DNA from: Octopus vulgaris
Lineage: Eukaryota
Direction of reading: 5' to 3'
Assembly (NCBI GenBank): GCA_951406725.2
Contig: OX597822.1
Location: 70,680,001-70,744,000, forward strand
DNA length: 64,000 bases
Each line of letters starts with the position of its first letter. Position 1 is the first letter of the stretch. The position numbers and the translations under genes are program-made. Positions 38,435 through 52,672 of this stretch are shown here, piece by piece. The notes under the pieces were generated by a model that was not told the DNA's origin, searched no databases, and saw nothing but the letters and a program-made list of their open reading frames with translations.

Positions 38435-41400
38435 TATATTGTTTTATTAGTTTATATAGGTGCATGGGTGAGTGTGGGCGTTTGAAAAGCTTTCTTCCTA
38501 ACCATGTTGTCTTTGGTTTGGTTCAATCCCATTTTGCAGTACCTTGAACAAATGTCTTCTACTATGACCATGGGCCACCCAAAGCCTTCTGGGCAGATGG
38601 AAACTGAAAGGAAGCTGTCATATATATATATATCATTTAATGAACACAGTGTAAAGATACTAGCTACTGGTAGTTTCTTGCTTTGGAGGCACGAGACTTG
38701 GCAGGTTCTTATAACATGATTCATGTCTCGAAGCAGTCTTCAAGATCTGAGCACATGGGTTGCTTAACTCTTTAGTATTCAGATAAATCTTTCAATTAAT
38801 CATGCATTATCTCACTCCTTTTAGATTTCAATGATGTGATAGTATATTTTTATAATGACATTTATTGTATCTCAACAATCTGCCCACCATAACAGAATTG
38901 TGATCCTAAAACCAAGGTACCACGTAAAAATGCATTAGTGTGGGTGTTAGTGTCGTGTAAAAAGTATTGGTGTTGGTGCCATGTAAAAAGCACACAGTAC
39001 ACTCTCTGGAGTGATTGGGGTTAGGAAGGGTGTCCAGCCATAGAAACCAAACCAAAACAGACATATGAAATCTGATGTGGCCTCTAGCCTTGCCAGTTCC
39101 TGTCATGCTGTCCAACCTATTACCAGCATGGAAAAATAGATATTATGATGATGATGTGAGAGGCCAAATTCGGTCAGTTTATGCATAAAACTTGTAGAAT
39201 ATTTGGGCCTGGTTTAAATGTTAGATTTCTAAACTGGATTTGCTATGTTCTCTTTCTCTTCACTTTCTGCTCTCCTTAAAAGTAATTTGCTATACCATAA
39301 CCCATGACTGAATTATACTACTATATGTGTGTGTGTGTGAGAGAGAGAGCACAATGTGTCACACTATATCACCATCTGTTTTTATGTAAACCTTGATCAG
39401 TTCTGCTTGAGTGAACTTCTGGCATGTATATGATTGATAAATCAATGCAGAGAGACCTAAAACACAGTACGGCTAGTACAAGGCTAGACCACTCTGCTGC
39501 ACTTAGCCACAGTGGTTTGCGGTGCAGGCATGCTGCATTTCTCTCCACTGTCCAGTCTGTTCTCATATGCTTACAAATTCTGGTGGTGGTCATGGCCAAG
39601 ACAGGCAAAAATGAACATAGTCTGAATATGACTGTTGCTCATACTCTTTTTATATGCAGTGGTGTGCATCTCAGCAGTGGTTTTACACTAATCACATGAG
39701 TGTTGTTGTTGTTGTTGTTTCTTTTATCAATGGGTGTATGTACTCAGTATCACCGTTATTTAATTTATCTGACAAATATTTCTTCATCACACTGTATTTG
39801 GCTATATATATATATATATGTATATGTATAACAATAATCAAGTATACCGAAAAAAGAAAAAACACCCAGTGAGAATTGTTACTGCAGGCTAACTCTCCAG
39901 ATGAGCTTCCTTTGTTTTCTCGTTTGTGTTTTTATCTATTGTGCTTTTGTCATGTCTGTACACCATAATAGCTAAGTGAGACATTTTACAAATGTCTGCT
40001 TATCTTTCTTGTATGTATGTGTGTGTGTGTGTGTGTAATACGGATATATTCCATTATATAGTTAGATGGGGTTTGTTTGATGTTTGTTGCAATCAGTTTT
40101 TGCATTCTTAGAACCTAGTGTACCAACAGACAGTTATAAATTTCAAAGTAATTATATGGTACCAATATAGGGTTATGTATTTATAAGTAACCGCCTGATG
40201 GCCTACTGAGAGCTTGTGATGTGGCTGTAGATTTTTAAGCTAAAGTATGATGCCTGTGCGCTGTTTGTGATAGATTTGCAGATCTTTAAGGAACAGTAAA
40301 CTGTCATTACAGAGTTGTGATGTAGCTCCACATTCTTTAACGAGGTGTGCACTGCCTGTATGAGATGTAAATAGCTTTAAATATTGCTTCTTACCAGGCT
40401 GGTAATAATTTTATGCTATATCTGGACGAAAAAAAAAAATAAATATATATATTGGTTCTTTGCGCTATAGAACCTCAGCTGTGTTTATTTGTATAACAGC
40501 CATACATTAAATTATACATCTCCTTGTGGTGTTCTATACCTAAGCTATTCAGATATGCACACGCATGCACATATGTGCACATGCACATGTGCATACACAT
40601 ACACACACGTTCCCATTTCTATGCATATTCACCTTCATGTATACCATATTTTTCTTGTGCATTTAAACCTTTATACCAAACTCATATTACGATAGCACAC
40701 ATTTTGCAAGCATGTGCATATGTGTGTGCATATGCGTTAGTGAATGAATATCAGCTTATTTCCTACATTACCATACATATCCAGGCACTCACATTACACA
40801 CAGACACGTGCACCTTATACTTACAGATACGCTTAAGCAAACTGACGTGTGCACATTGCATTACGCTTGTATTTTAAAGCAGGAGTGCGCATACCACCAA
40901 CAACCAACAACAAATTTAATACATTTCTTTTTTTTTCCTCTCTTTCCCATCTTTCGGTTGCCTTCAATTGTCATCCCACCAGCCCGACTGGGTCCTTCCT
41001 CTGTTGACATAGATGAAAGTCACATCTGTTAGACGAGTTTCTCTTTGGTTTGTTGCATCAATCGAAGTGGAGGAGACGCTGGGGGGTGGTGGTTCTGGGA
41101 ACGGGTTGGGGGTGGGTGAAGGCAAAAACCACTCAGTAGGTTGTTCCCCAATCAATGACAGCTTATCTTATGAAGCTAGCAAGGGAAACATGTGCTTCCT
41201 TAGCATTGCAAATATGTCCCTCTTTTCATGTACGTAAAGCTTTAGAAGGAGGCCAGCTTCTTCTTCTTCTTCTTTTTCTTCTTCTTCTTCTTCTTTTTCT
41301 TCTTCTTCTTCTTCTTCTTCTTCTTCTTCTTCTTCTTCCCCACCACTCTCACCACCATTACCCCTGCCACCTACCAATATCACCACTGCAACCATGACAA

Positions 41401-42060
41401 CAACCATCACCATCAATACCATTGCCAACACCACCATTACTAATCTCAACACCACTACCACCACCACCAACAACAACAACACCACTACCACCTCCACCAC
41501 CATTGTTTTGTTCTAGTTTCTTCCCCCCCCCTCCACAAATTTATCCTTGATGTTGCCTGCTAAATTGCAATATGGGAAAACCCTATTGGAAATGTTTCAT
41601 TGATTTTCCTCCACCCTCACTGTCTCTTTTCCTCCTCTTCCTCTCTCACAGCTGTGTGCTATGTTGTGTGTGTGTGTGTGTGTGTGTCTGTGTGTGTTTA
41701 GTTGGGGTTTTTTCTCTTTTTTTTCTTGGTTTTTTTTTCCACTGTTGTTATTAGATTTTGGTGGTTAGCTGTAGAAGGGAACAAGAGCAAGACGGGTGGG
41801 AGGGTGGGGGATGGAAATCGAATGGGATTTTTTTTTTATTTGCTTTTTCATTCATTTCTCTATCTATTTGTTTTGTTTATTTGTTTTTGCCATTTCTTAA
41901 AGATGCATTCGCGCACTGAAATAATAATTGCACGCTCACACTATTTACTTGCGAAGATAATGTATGCAAACATATTTATGTCAACTGAAGAAGGTTAACT
42001 GGAGAAATATAAAAAAATAAAATATAAAAATATAAAAAAATGATAATAAAAAACCCCAAT

Positions 42061-42221
42061 AGGCGCAGAAGTGGCTGTGTGGTAACCAACCACATGGTTC
42101 CGGGTTCAGTCCCACTGCGTGGCATCTTGGGCAAGTGTCTTCTGCTTTAGCCCCGGGCCGACCAATGCCTTGTGAGTGGATTTGGTAGACGGAAACTGAA
42201 AGAAGCCTGTCGGTATATATG

Positions 42222-42254
<33 letters not shown>

Positions 42255-42448
42255 TTGTGTGTCTGTGTTTGTCCCTCTAGCATTGCTTGACAACCGATGT
42301 TGGTGTGTTTACGTCCCCGTCACTTAGCGATTCGGCAAAAGAGACCGATAGAATAAGTACTGGGCTTACAAAGAATAAGCTCGACTAAAGGCTGTGCTCC
42401 AGCATGACCACAGTCAAATGACTGAAACAAGTAAAAGAGTAAAAGAGT
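42061..42448 (+). mobile_element. SINE family A
   Basis: aggcgcagaagtggctgtgtggtaa...tgactgaaacaagtaaaagagtaaaagag. Confidence 0.9.
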
Positions 42449-43868
42449 AATAAAAACAATGAAGACAATAGAAAATAAAGAGAAAAACACTTCTATGAAT
42501 ATACACACACGTGTGTGTGTGTACGCATACTCCTATATTTGAGTAGGTGTATACCACTCTGGGTGTGTGTGTAATATGGTGTTTTTATTGATATATAGAA
42601 GCTGTAGGACATGTTTTCTGCTTATGTCCCCTACTTTTATCATGCTGACTTCTCATAAATGTCATCTCAACACTATTTCTTCCTTAACAGCTGGTGTTTC
42701 TATGTCTTGGTAATTAATCTTATAATATCGAAGTGCCGTGTGTTTGCTTGATCATCTCACAAGTTGCCGTTGTCGTCGTCGTCATCATCGTCATTGTCAT
42801 CATCATGATGGCTGAAGGAAAGTGACTCTGTTACTCTGAAAAACTGTTTGGAGGATCATCAGAAGGTCAATTTTGTATGTGCATGTGTGTGTATGTGTGT
42901 ATGTACATGATTGTGTGTGTATGTGTGTTTACTATGTGCTCATCATCACCATTATCATCATCACCACCATCATCTTCACTGAATGCCTGTCTTCCATGCC
43001 GGCATGGGTTGGATGGTTGGACAGGAGGTGGCAAGCCAGAGGGCTGCATCAGACTCCAGCTGTCTGCCTGGGCATGATTTCTATAGCTGGATTCCCTTCC
43101 GAATGCCACAGAGTGTGCCAGGTACTTTTTACATGGCACCAACATGGCTACTTTTTATGTGGCATTAGCACAAGTGCTTTTTCCATGGCGCCAGCACAGG
43201 GTTCTTATAGTTAAAACATCAATTGTTATATTTGATTACATTAAGATGCACTTTTTACCAAAAAAAAAAATGTTTCAAAAAGTCACCATGAGCCCTACAT
43301 GCAAAGTTAGTCCTCCTATGTATTTTAATCCTTAAAATCTCATTTGTTTTTCACCTGATTGTGTGCTGCTGAAGTTGGGGTGTATCTAATAAACCCATTT
43401 GTCTTTTATGCCTTCAAATACAGTTCCAATAGTTTTACATCATGTCTTATCTAAGAGACATCTGATGTGAGGTAACTTCTTATAATGACACAACTTAAGG
43501 ACAGCCTGTGACATCACTCTAATTACAACTGAAGACATAACAGTTGGATGAAAGTTGAAACCACCTGCATGCACACACACACACACACACACACAAACAC
43601 AACATGGTAGGGTATTAAACAATTAACCCTTGGATCACAAATCCAAACCCAGTGTAGGTACTCTTTCTCAACACAACAATTTATTTTCAAGATCCTCACT
43701 TCATGCCATCGTCCAGGGTTATGTAGGAGAAAGGTCAACTGAGCTGGTCACTATTTATACCTCGTATTATCAGTTGACTTTATTTACTGCAAAGTGTAAA
43801 TATTATACACATATGTTATGTGCAAGCAAGAAAAACAAGGAGATGGAGTAGGAGGGAGAGTTTTTGTA

Positions 43869-43917
<49 letters not shown>

Positions 43918-44875
43918 TCATAGCTTAAATCTATGCCACTGTATTGTCGATCGTCTGATACCATATCTGTAATCTAAAGTAAACAAAATGTTCACACACA
44001 CACACATACACTATCAGTCACATACAAACATTATCACACGTCAATACATATGTGTGTTGCACACACATAGTTACACACAAGGCAAATATTTCCCTACTTC
44101 TTGTGTAATGGAGTGTTGCATTATATCATGATAAAATGAATTCTTACTATATGTAACTTAATTCTCTAATCTGTTACCGCTAATATATTTTTTCTTTTAA
44201 ATACCTCTACGTTCCCCACCTGCCTTTTCTATCCACAATTTTTTTTAGTGGTATCTTTATGGAGTGTTTCTGGGTAATGTTCTGAGTAATGTTATGACAC
44301 TGTGGTCATTTGTGCGTTTTAGATTGGAGTATGATACACAAGCCGTTTGCTCTACCGTTGTGTCCAGAATATGTGACTTGATGGAAGTTTGAAAGCTGTT
44401 TTCTAATTCCTAATACCTCTTGGCTCTACGTATTTCCAAAGTAGACAGATAATGGACCATTTTCTTGGCACAAATGTACAGAAATCTTCATATTTCAAGT
44501 ATATTCCTTTTAGGAGACTAAAACCACCAGCACCACCACCACCACCACCATCATCGTGACCATTACCATTACCAACAGACACCGTAACATGTTGTTGTTG
44601 TTGTTGTTGGTGGTGGTGATGGTGGTGGTAATGTTGATGTTTGCCATCATCATTCTGCTATAATCTTGTACATTTTAATGCCAATTTTTCTGCTGGCATC
44701 TTTAACCCTTTACCATCCAGAGCACTTTATCCGATATAATGCTTATTTATCCACATTACTTTGAATTAACCATGCATTATCTCGTAGCTTAAAGATTTCA
44801 ATGATGTGAGTGTTTATTACTAGAAGGACATTGTCGGGTAGGTATGAGAGGCCAGATTTTTACCTGTTTGAACAT

Positions 44876-45061
44876 AGGCGTAGGAGTGGCTGTGTGGTAA
44901 GTAGCTTGCTTACCAACCACATGGTTCTGGGTTCAGTCCCATTGCATGGCACTTTGGGCAAGTGTCTTCTACTATAGCCTCGGGCCAACCAAAGCCTTGT
45001 GAGTGGATTTGGTAGATGGAAACTGAAAGAAGCCCATCGTATGTATGTATGTGTGTGTGTG

Positions 45062-45116
<55 letters not shown>

Positions 45117-45299
45117 AATAATAATATGAGGGAATATTATTCCAAACTTACAGGGAAAAAATTCAATTTAGAAATACTAAATCAAATTTCACAAAATATA
45201 ATATATATTTTATATATATTATACCTATAAGAGGTAATTTTTCTAAATGATATAATTAAATTTTTCATTATTGAATTGATAAAAGGTGTTTTTTTTCTA

Positions 45300-45355
<56 letters not shown>

Positions 45356-45571
45356 ATGTGTGTGTATGTTTGTGTGTCCGTGTTTGTCCTCCAACATCGC
45401 TTGACAACTGATGCTGGTGTGTTTGCGTCACCGTAACTTGGCAGTTTGGCAAAAAGAGACCGATAGAATAAGTACTAGGCTTACAAAGAATAAGTCCTGG
45501 GGTTGATTTCTTCAACTAAAAGGCTGTGCTCCAGCATGGCCACAGTCAAATGACTGAAACAAGTAAAGAGT
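44876..45571 (+). mobile_element. SINE family A with a nested insertion (about 45110-45300) in its TA tract
   Basis: Consensus halves separated by a foreign AT-rich segment. Confidence 0.85.
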
Positions 45572-45716
45572 AATAACACAAAGTATGGCCAGTTTAGATA
45601 CGAAAGGGATAATCATTGCTCTGTTAATCAACTTTCTGTTGCTATTGCTAACTATGTCATTGTTAAGATTTGATATTGTTTTTAACTTTTTACATGCCTT
45701 TTATGTAACCCTACGT

Positions 45717-45972
45717 ATGACCCAGTTTTTTGTGCAATGTCACTTTGTCCAACGTCACTTCATCACTTTTGGTCCAATGATTTTTTTTTTTGTCCTGTGA
45801 CTTTTTGTCCAATATTAAATGAACTCTTTAGAAAACAAGGTGAACATCAAAATCAAATAATCATTGAGAATTTTATTGATAGGATTTGTCATCGGACAAA
45901 AAGACGTTGGACCAAAAGACGTGGACCAAAAGATGTTTGACAAAGTGATGTTGGACGAAAAGACATAGCACC
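45717..45972. mobile_element. Foldback/MULE-like MITE with modular subterminal repeats
   Basis: Left arm repeats (t)tttgtccaacgtc, right arm repeats gacgttggacaaaa; flanked by the direct repeat aaccctacgt (45707-45716 and 45973-45982). Confidence 0.75.
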
Positions 45973-46246
45973 AACCCTACGTGGTATTGTCCTGTTCTGT
46001 CCCCGATGTTTTCTGCGAACCCTTAGTGGTTACTAAGGAAAACATTATTATTATTATTATTATTTTACTTCTCAGAGCTCTTGGTCATACTGGCTTTGGT
46101 TGATTCTGTGAGAGCAGACAGCAACATGTTGTCACAGGATCTCTTTCCACAAAATTATAAGCTTTCATACTTGGATATTAACTTATCATGAAAGACAGTC
46201 AACACCCAAGCACTAATCTCAAAATCCTATCATCACCAACATCATC

Positions 46247-46770
46247 AAGGAGGTGAGGTGGCAGAATTGTTAGTATGCTGGGCAAAATGCTTAGCAATAT
46301 TTCGTCTGCAGTTACGTTCTGAGTTCAAATTTCACCGAGGTCGACTTTGCCTTTCGCCCTTTCAGGGTCGATAAAATTAGTACCAGTTATGCACTGGGGT
46401 CGATGTAATCAACTTAATACCTTCCTCCAAATTTGAGGCTTTGTGCTTCCTGTAGAAAGGATTATTATTATCATCATCATTAAGGTGGTGAACTGGCAGA
46501 ACCATTAGCACGCTGGGCAAAATGCTTAGTGGTATTTCATCTGTCTTTATGTTCTGAGTTCAAATTCCATTGAGATTGACTTTGCCTTTCATCCTTTTGG
46601 GGGCCTATCAATTAAGTACCAGTGAAACACTGGAGTCGATGTACTTAGCTCATCCCCTCCCCTAAAATGGCTGCTCTTGTGGCAAAATTTGAAACCATTA
46701 TTATTATTATCATCATTATTATTATTATTATTATTGTTATTGTTGTTATTATTATTATTATTATTATTTT
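46247..46770 (+). mobile_element. Two tandem SINE family B copies with (TTA)n tails
   Basis: Consensus matches at about 46247-46465 and 46482-46700; the tail ends about 95 nt upstream of the exon acceptor. Confidence 0.85.
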
Positions 46771-46864
46771 CTTGTTATTTTATTGCTTGGTTGTATTCTA
46801 TTAATCAACTTGTATTTCCTCCTTTTCCCCTCTCCTACCCCCACTATCCCATCTTTCATTTTAG

Positions 46865-47093
46865 TATCGTCAGGCAGTGGGCAAGCAGGCTCCGATGAAC
46901 CACCAGAAATCCTTCACAGCATTTGGTTTTGGAGCTGGCTCCACTATTGGCTCCATGACACCATCCCGCCGCGGCTCCCAGATTAACGTTAATGTAACCC
47001 CTTCACAGCCAATTGAAGCTGTTAGTGATACGCCCGAGATCCGCAAGTACAAGAAACGGTTCAGTTCTGACATTCTCTGTGCTGCCTTATGGG
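46865..47093 (+). CDS. msn: Misshapen/MAP4K4-family kinase exon, start of the CNH domain
   Basis: ttttag|TAT start; reads [77 protein letters not shown]|gtgagt. NVNVTP...[23 protein letters not shown] is diagnostic of msn/TNIK/MAP4K4/MINK1. Phase 0 to 1. Confidence 0.97.
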
Positions 47094-47341
47094 GTGAGTA
47101 TTCTGACCAAATTTTAACACTCTATATTGAAATTTCCATTCCATTATGTCATACTTGTCACATATTTATCAACTTAACTTTTCATTTCAATTATGATACC
47201 ACTTAAAGATAATTAGCCGTAAAATACTGTAATAGCTAAAGATTTCTTTTATAAACTAAAACTACATTGATTTTTCTGTTTTGGGGTTTGGTTTGCAAGA
47301 TTCTTTATGTGAGTTTGTGTGTTGAAGCATGTTCTGTTGTG

Positions 47342-47613
47342 TCTGGGGAGAGTAATTTTCTTTTTGTGCCTTATAATTTAACACACTCACTGGTAAAATT
47401 TCCACTTATTCCTTTTATTTTTATTTTCCTAAATTTTCCTTGTGTCGTGCAACCTTTTCAATAGTCTTGACTCAAGAGAGTCAATAGTGTTGAAAGGTTG
47501 CAAGTTGCAAAGAAAATTTTAGGAAAATAGAAATAAGAAATAAGTGGAAATTTTACCGGTGTGTGTGTGTGTGTTAAATTATAAGGCACAAAAAGAAAAT
47601 GACTCTCCCCAGA
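47342..47613. repeat. About 270-bp palindrome (arms about 130 bp), probably an inverted Penelope-type terminal repeat
   Basis: tctggggagagtaattttctttttgtgccttataatttaacac ... gtgttaaattataaggcacaaaaagaaaatgactctccccaga; centre ttgactc-aaga-gagtcaa. Confidence 0.9.
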
Positions 47614-47764
47614 ATTAGAGAAGATTGTAGTGAGGGTTGGTGATAGGTATTTCTAGCAGTTGAATGAGACTAGTGTTAGCCCTCTTGTTACCATCCTATT
47701 TTTTGAAACAATACAGACTTTGTTTCTGTTTTGAAAATAATAAAGAGTTCAGTAAAATGAGTAA

Positions 47765-48075
47765 GTGGAGGCACATGGCCTAGTGGTTAGAGTAGCAGAC
47801 TTCCAGTCAAGGGATCGTGGGTTTGAATCTCATACCGGGTGATTTGTGTGTTTATGAGTGAAACACCTAAGCTCCACGTGGCTCTGGCAGAAGGTAATGG
47901 CGAACTTCTGCTGACTCTTTTGCCACAACTTTCTCTCACTCTTTCCTCCTGTATCTAGCAGCTCACCTGTGATGGACTGGCACTGTCCTGTCCAGGTGGG
48001 GAACCTATACGACATTGAAACCGGGAAACCGGCTCTTATGAGCCAGGGAGGGCTCAAGAAGGAACCAACAACACC
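47765..48075 (+). mobile_element. tRNA-headed SINE with V/Meta-like domain and 11-bp TSD
   Basis: Head ggcacatggcctagtggttagag...gggtttgaatctc; motif cctgtgatggactggc...gtccagg; TSD aaaatgagtaa at 47754-47764 and 48076-48086. Confidence 0.8.
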
Positions 48076-49556
48076 AAAATGAGTAAAATGACATTGTCAC
48101 TATTAAGCTGATGTTTGGAACATTAATTTACTTAGATTTTGCTGGAAGATTTTAATTTAAATCACCTTGAAACAGGAAACTTGGATCTTAGAACCAGGGG
48201 CATTTTCAAGCAAGTTGGTATCAAAGTAGGGTGGATAATGTCCATTCTGAACTTCATTCTCTGTAGAAAATAAACAGAAGTGTTTGGCCTGAACCCATGC
48301 AAGAGAGTGAACTCTGCTAAAGGAATTCTAAGATCAGGTGGTGCTGTTAAGCTTGATGGTGTGTAAAGCTTGCCTCCTGGATTTTATTGTGGTTGTTGAT
48401 GTAAATGATATTGTTAATTAGATGTAGAAACCTTGCCAGAAACAGAACATATGAATGAGACGTTGGTCCTTTCAACTATTTTGCAAGCTACCCATTGGTG
48501 GGGGGGGGCAGTAATGCCAAGTGAGGACATATATTAGGTTGAGGGAACTTTTTAGTCCTTCTCACATAGAACAACCGTTCAAGTGCCCCCAGTCCGCGCT
48601 GTAAGATACACAAAACACTCAAGTTGACTAGTTTTCCTTATTGCTGCTGCTGTGTGTGTAAGATGATGTAGAAGATCATGATGATCCATCCAACTCATGC
48701 CAGCATGGAAAACTTTGTAGAAAATGATGATGAAAATGATTAAGACTGTAAAAGACAAAAAAAAAAATATATATCATTCTTACATCTATCCTCACTCTTC
48801 ACCGATTTATTGATCACTGACCCAGGATAACATGGTATATGCACATTGTTAACCAAGTTACACTGATCATGAATTGATCTGTGGTATCATGAGTTGGCAA
48901 TCAGTTAAAATTTCTGCTTGGACCACAAAAACCATGGCCCTAGTGGTCATTCGCAATACTCAAGGCAACATGGGATTCTTGGAATGAAACCTATATTTCC
49001 CCATATATTATATTATTCTTTCATTACTGATTCATTCCACATGTTTTTATTTTTTTTTTTGTTTTTAATCAAACACCTTGATGATAAACAAGGAGAGATG
49101 TACTGAATAGATGTACTGGGTGATGTAGTTGCTGCTTATCCCTTGTGGCCAATTCTTAACTGTAAATTATATTAAGATTTCTTATGTAGCCCTAAGTCAA
49201 TACTGATCGAACAGATCTCTCAAATGATGGCATGACAACTTACTGGGTTAAATTTCAATGCTAATTTACCTGACCCTGCCTAAAGCTAAGTTGTTAGGTA
49301 AATTCTGTTTATGTCACATGGTAAATCTGTGATAAGGTAAATGCATGCAAGGCAATACATTTGTATCTCTTTTACTCTGGTTGTGCAATGAATGAAGATG
49401 ACTTGTTGCTAATAAACAGTTTGATTCCTATATGAGAATTTGTCTTCAAATACATTTTGAGGATTTTTTTTGTTTTCAGAAATAAATTTTGGTTTTTGTA
49501 ACCCACACATATACACACACACGCATGAATGTATATATACATAGAAATATCTGTAT

Positions 49557-49591
<35 letters not shown>

Positions 49592-49634
49592 GATAGATAA
49601 ATAGATATATTGATAGGTAGATAGAGAGGTAAAC

Positions 49635-49688
<54 letters not shown>

Positions 49689-50058
49689 TTTGGTAGGTAG
49701 GTAGGTTGGTAGATGCATAGATAGGTAGATAGATAGGTACGTAGGTAGATGCATTTGATAGATAGGTAGTTATACACAGACATACATTTGTACATGTGTG
49801 TTTGTGTGTGTGTATCAGTAGTTTAAGCTCCACTAGCCATTACTCAGAGTTGTATAGATGTACAAACATATACCTAATTCTTTCAGTGTCTATAGGATGT
49901 TTCAAGGCATGTGTTTGCATGTCATTGAAATTCTACTTAGTGGCTGTGAGGAGTCATTAACTGCTAACTTACAAATATATACTCTACATAATGTACTGAG
50001 TGCTCCTTTTGTAGTAGAGCTATCCACACGTTTCTGTCTATCCATCTCTATATATTTA

Positions 50059-50112
<54 letters not shown>

Positions 50113-51840
50113 ATACACACACACACAGGGTTGGCCAAAAGTCACCTGACAATGAATCAAAATTCCATAAATACTACCTGTAATTCTGTATTGACTCACT
50201 CGATTTGTTTGACTAAAGGCAGTGCTCCAGCATGGCTGCAGTCAACTGACCGAAACAAGTGAAAGAATAAAAGAATTACCCACAGGAATTTGCATTTTTA
50301 CCTCCACTTCGATTAATTTACCCTGGTTCGCTGACCCCTAGACCAGAGCAACTTTAAATGAAGTGTTTTGCTCCAGAGTGCAAACCCCCTAACCACTTAG
50401 CTTACACACCTTCACACACAATCACACTTCTAGAGAGAGAGAGAGAGAGAGAGAGTGAGAGAGAGATGCATAGATGCATCCTGCCATTGTTTACCTTTGT
50501 TTTACTTTTCAATAATATGATTTATACTAAGAATAGTTAGTTAGTTCGTTAGTTTGTTATACATTGTGATAAATAGTAAGTAGAGAGTTCTTGCCAGCAG
50601 CTGCGGTCAGTGGTAAGTGCTAAATCATTGGTTTAGAGGATTTAAATGTAGAATATATTTGTACGTTGTGACCACCATCACAAATGCTCCCAGCTGCCAT
50701 GGTCGTACGAGGATTAAGAAGTTTAATTGCACTTCAGTATTTCTTGATATGTTTTCAAATAATTAATTTTTTCATCATCATCATCTTCATCTTCATCATC
50801 ATCATCATCATCATCATCGTTATTATTCTTATTATGATTATTCTTATTATAACAAGTTTGATAGTCTTTCAGTTCGGTTGCAATATTTGCTTTAATTTTT
50901 CTACTAACTATCTATTTGCGTATTATAAAGAATGGGAGCATGAGGTGTTGGTGGTGGCGGCGGGGGATGGGGAGAGGGGAGAGGAAGGGGGGGGAGGGAG
51001 GAGTTAGTCTTTTGAACACCGTTGATTAAACCTGTCTTTTTTTAATTAAAATTTCTAGCAAAGTCCGTGTGTGTCTTCATGTCTGTATGAATGTGTGTGT
51101 GTGTGTGTGTGACTCTATTAGTCAAGACTACTGTGGTAAACACTGCTCCCCCTTCCCTCCTGCCACACACACACACACATCCCTATTGATAATTGTTAGA
51201 TGATAATTTTCAATTACCATATGATGTTGTTAGAAAACCTACTTAAAGTAATCTTTTAATAAATATTGTAATTTATATTATGTCTGAAATTAGAATATAA
51301 ACTTTTGGTTTCTTTTCTTTTTCGTTTTTTCTTTCTCTTTTTCTTTACCTTTTTTTTGTTTTGTTAATGTTAATTAAGACAGTGGTAGAAATCTACTCAC
51401 ACAAACGAAACTCAGTGGTTGCGAGTCTTATGTTTTGGAGTGTATTTTTACCGAATTCTCAAGTCTAGAACTTTGATGCAGCAATTCTAAATCACAAGGA
51501 AAAAGAAGCTCATAGTTTGTTTTTGTGTGTGTGTGTGTATGTGTACATATTTTTATATGTGTGTGTGTGTATATATATATATATGCATGTATATTTATAA
51601 ATGTGTGTGCATATGCATATTTATAAATATGTGTATATGTATGTATGTATATATATGTGTTTGTATGTTTATGCATGTATGTGTATGTATATGGATATAT
51701 TTACATGTGCATGTATGTATACATATGTTTTTGTATCTGGGTGTATGCATATATAAGTGTGTTAGTGTATGTGTGCATAATATATATATGGACTCACACA
51801 CACACATATATATAATTTTTTTTTCCTTTTTATTTTTCAG

Positions 51841-51906
51841 GTGTTAACTTACTCATAGGAACAGAGAATGGATTAACTTTACTTGATCGAAGTGGTCAGG
51901 GCAAAG
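51841..51906 (+). CDS. msn: Misshapen/MAP4K4-family kinase, CNH-domain exon
   Basis: Strong pyrimidine tract and tttcag acceptor; reads (G)VNLLIGTENGLTLLDRSGQGK-(V)|gtgagc; 66 nt, phase 1 to 1. Not present in the ORF track. Confidence 0.97.
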
Positions 51907-52672
51907 GTGAGCTATCAGCTACATTATAAACTGTCCAGATCCTCTCTCTCAAGTTGTCTTATTTTCTTTTGATGTATACTTTGAGGCGCATGACAGGCTT
52001 TCTAATTTATTAATCACTTGTTCTTCCAAAGACCATCCAACAGGTCATCTTCGGGAGATTTCTCATTTCTTTGTCATATCATTCGCATAAGTTTTTGATT
52101 TCCACCCACCTTCTTATCAATGTTTGTGAGTATCAGGAATATACCAGTCACAGAAAGTTTAATGATAAATTTCAAATATTATTGGTATGAAAATAACACA
52201 TAGGTGTCTGACAGCTCTAAAAATATGTAATATATGGTAGCCGAACATCATTTGTTTGCAGTTAGTATATGGTCGGTAGCTGAGCTAAATTTGAATTGTC
52301 ATTTTTGTTTCTAGAACATCTGTATTCTTTGGAAATTTTCAGAACACATTAAAAGTTATTACGTGTGCTTGGTTCTGCTTTGAATTGCACCAAAATGAAT
52401 TGTCATAAAACAAACACATCTTTCTTTTCTCTGATTTCTGACAAAAGGTTTGATGATAACTCTTCTTTATGAAACCACCATTCCTCTTTTCCTTTATCTT
52501 ATAAGCTGAAAAAAAAATGGTATGCAAAAAAGCTCAACTTCTCTTCTAACACTTTTACACATTTGGCTTAACATTTATGGATTGATTAAAACACATAAAA
52601 TATGAAAAATAAGGTTTATCTCAGGCCAGTTCATCTATTCTTGAAATCTTAGCAGGGTTTTATTTACATACA

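Noticed and set aside
46873-46906. In-frame internal CAG acceptors in the 46865 exon
   Set aside because: Gln codons without their own pyrimidine tracts; no sequence evidence of use.
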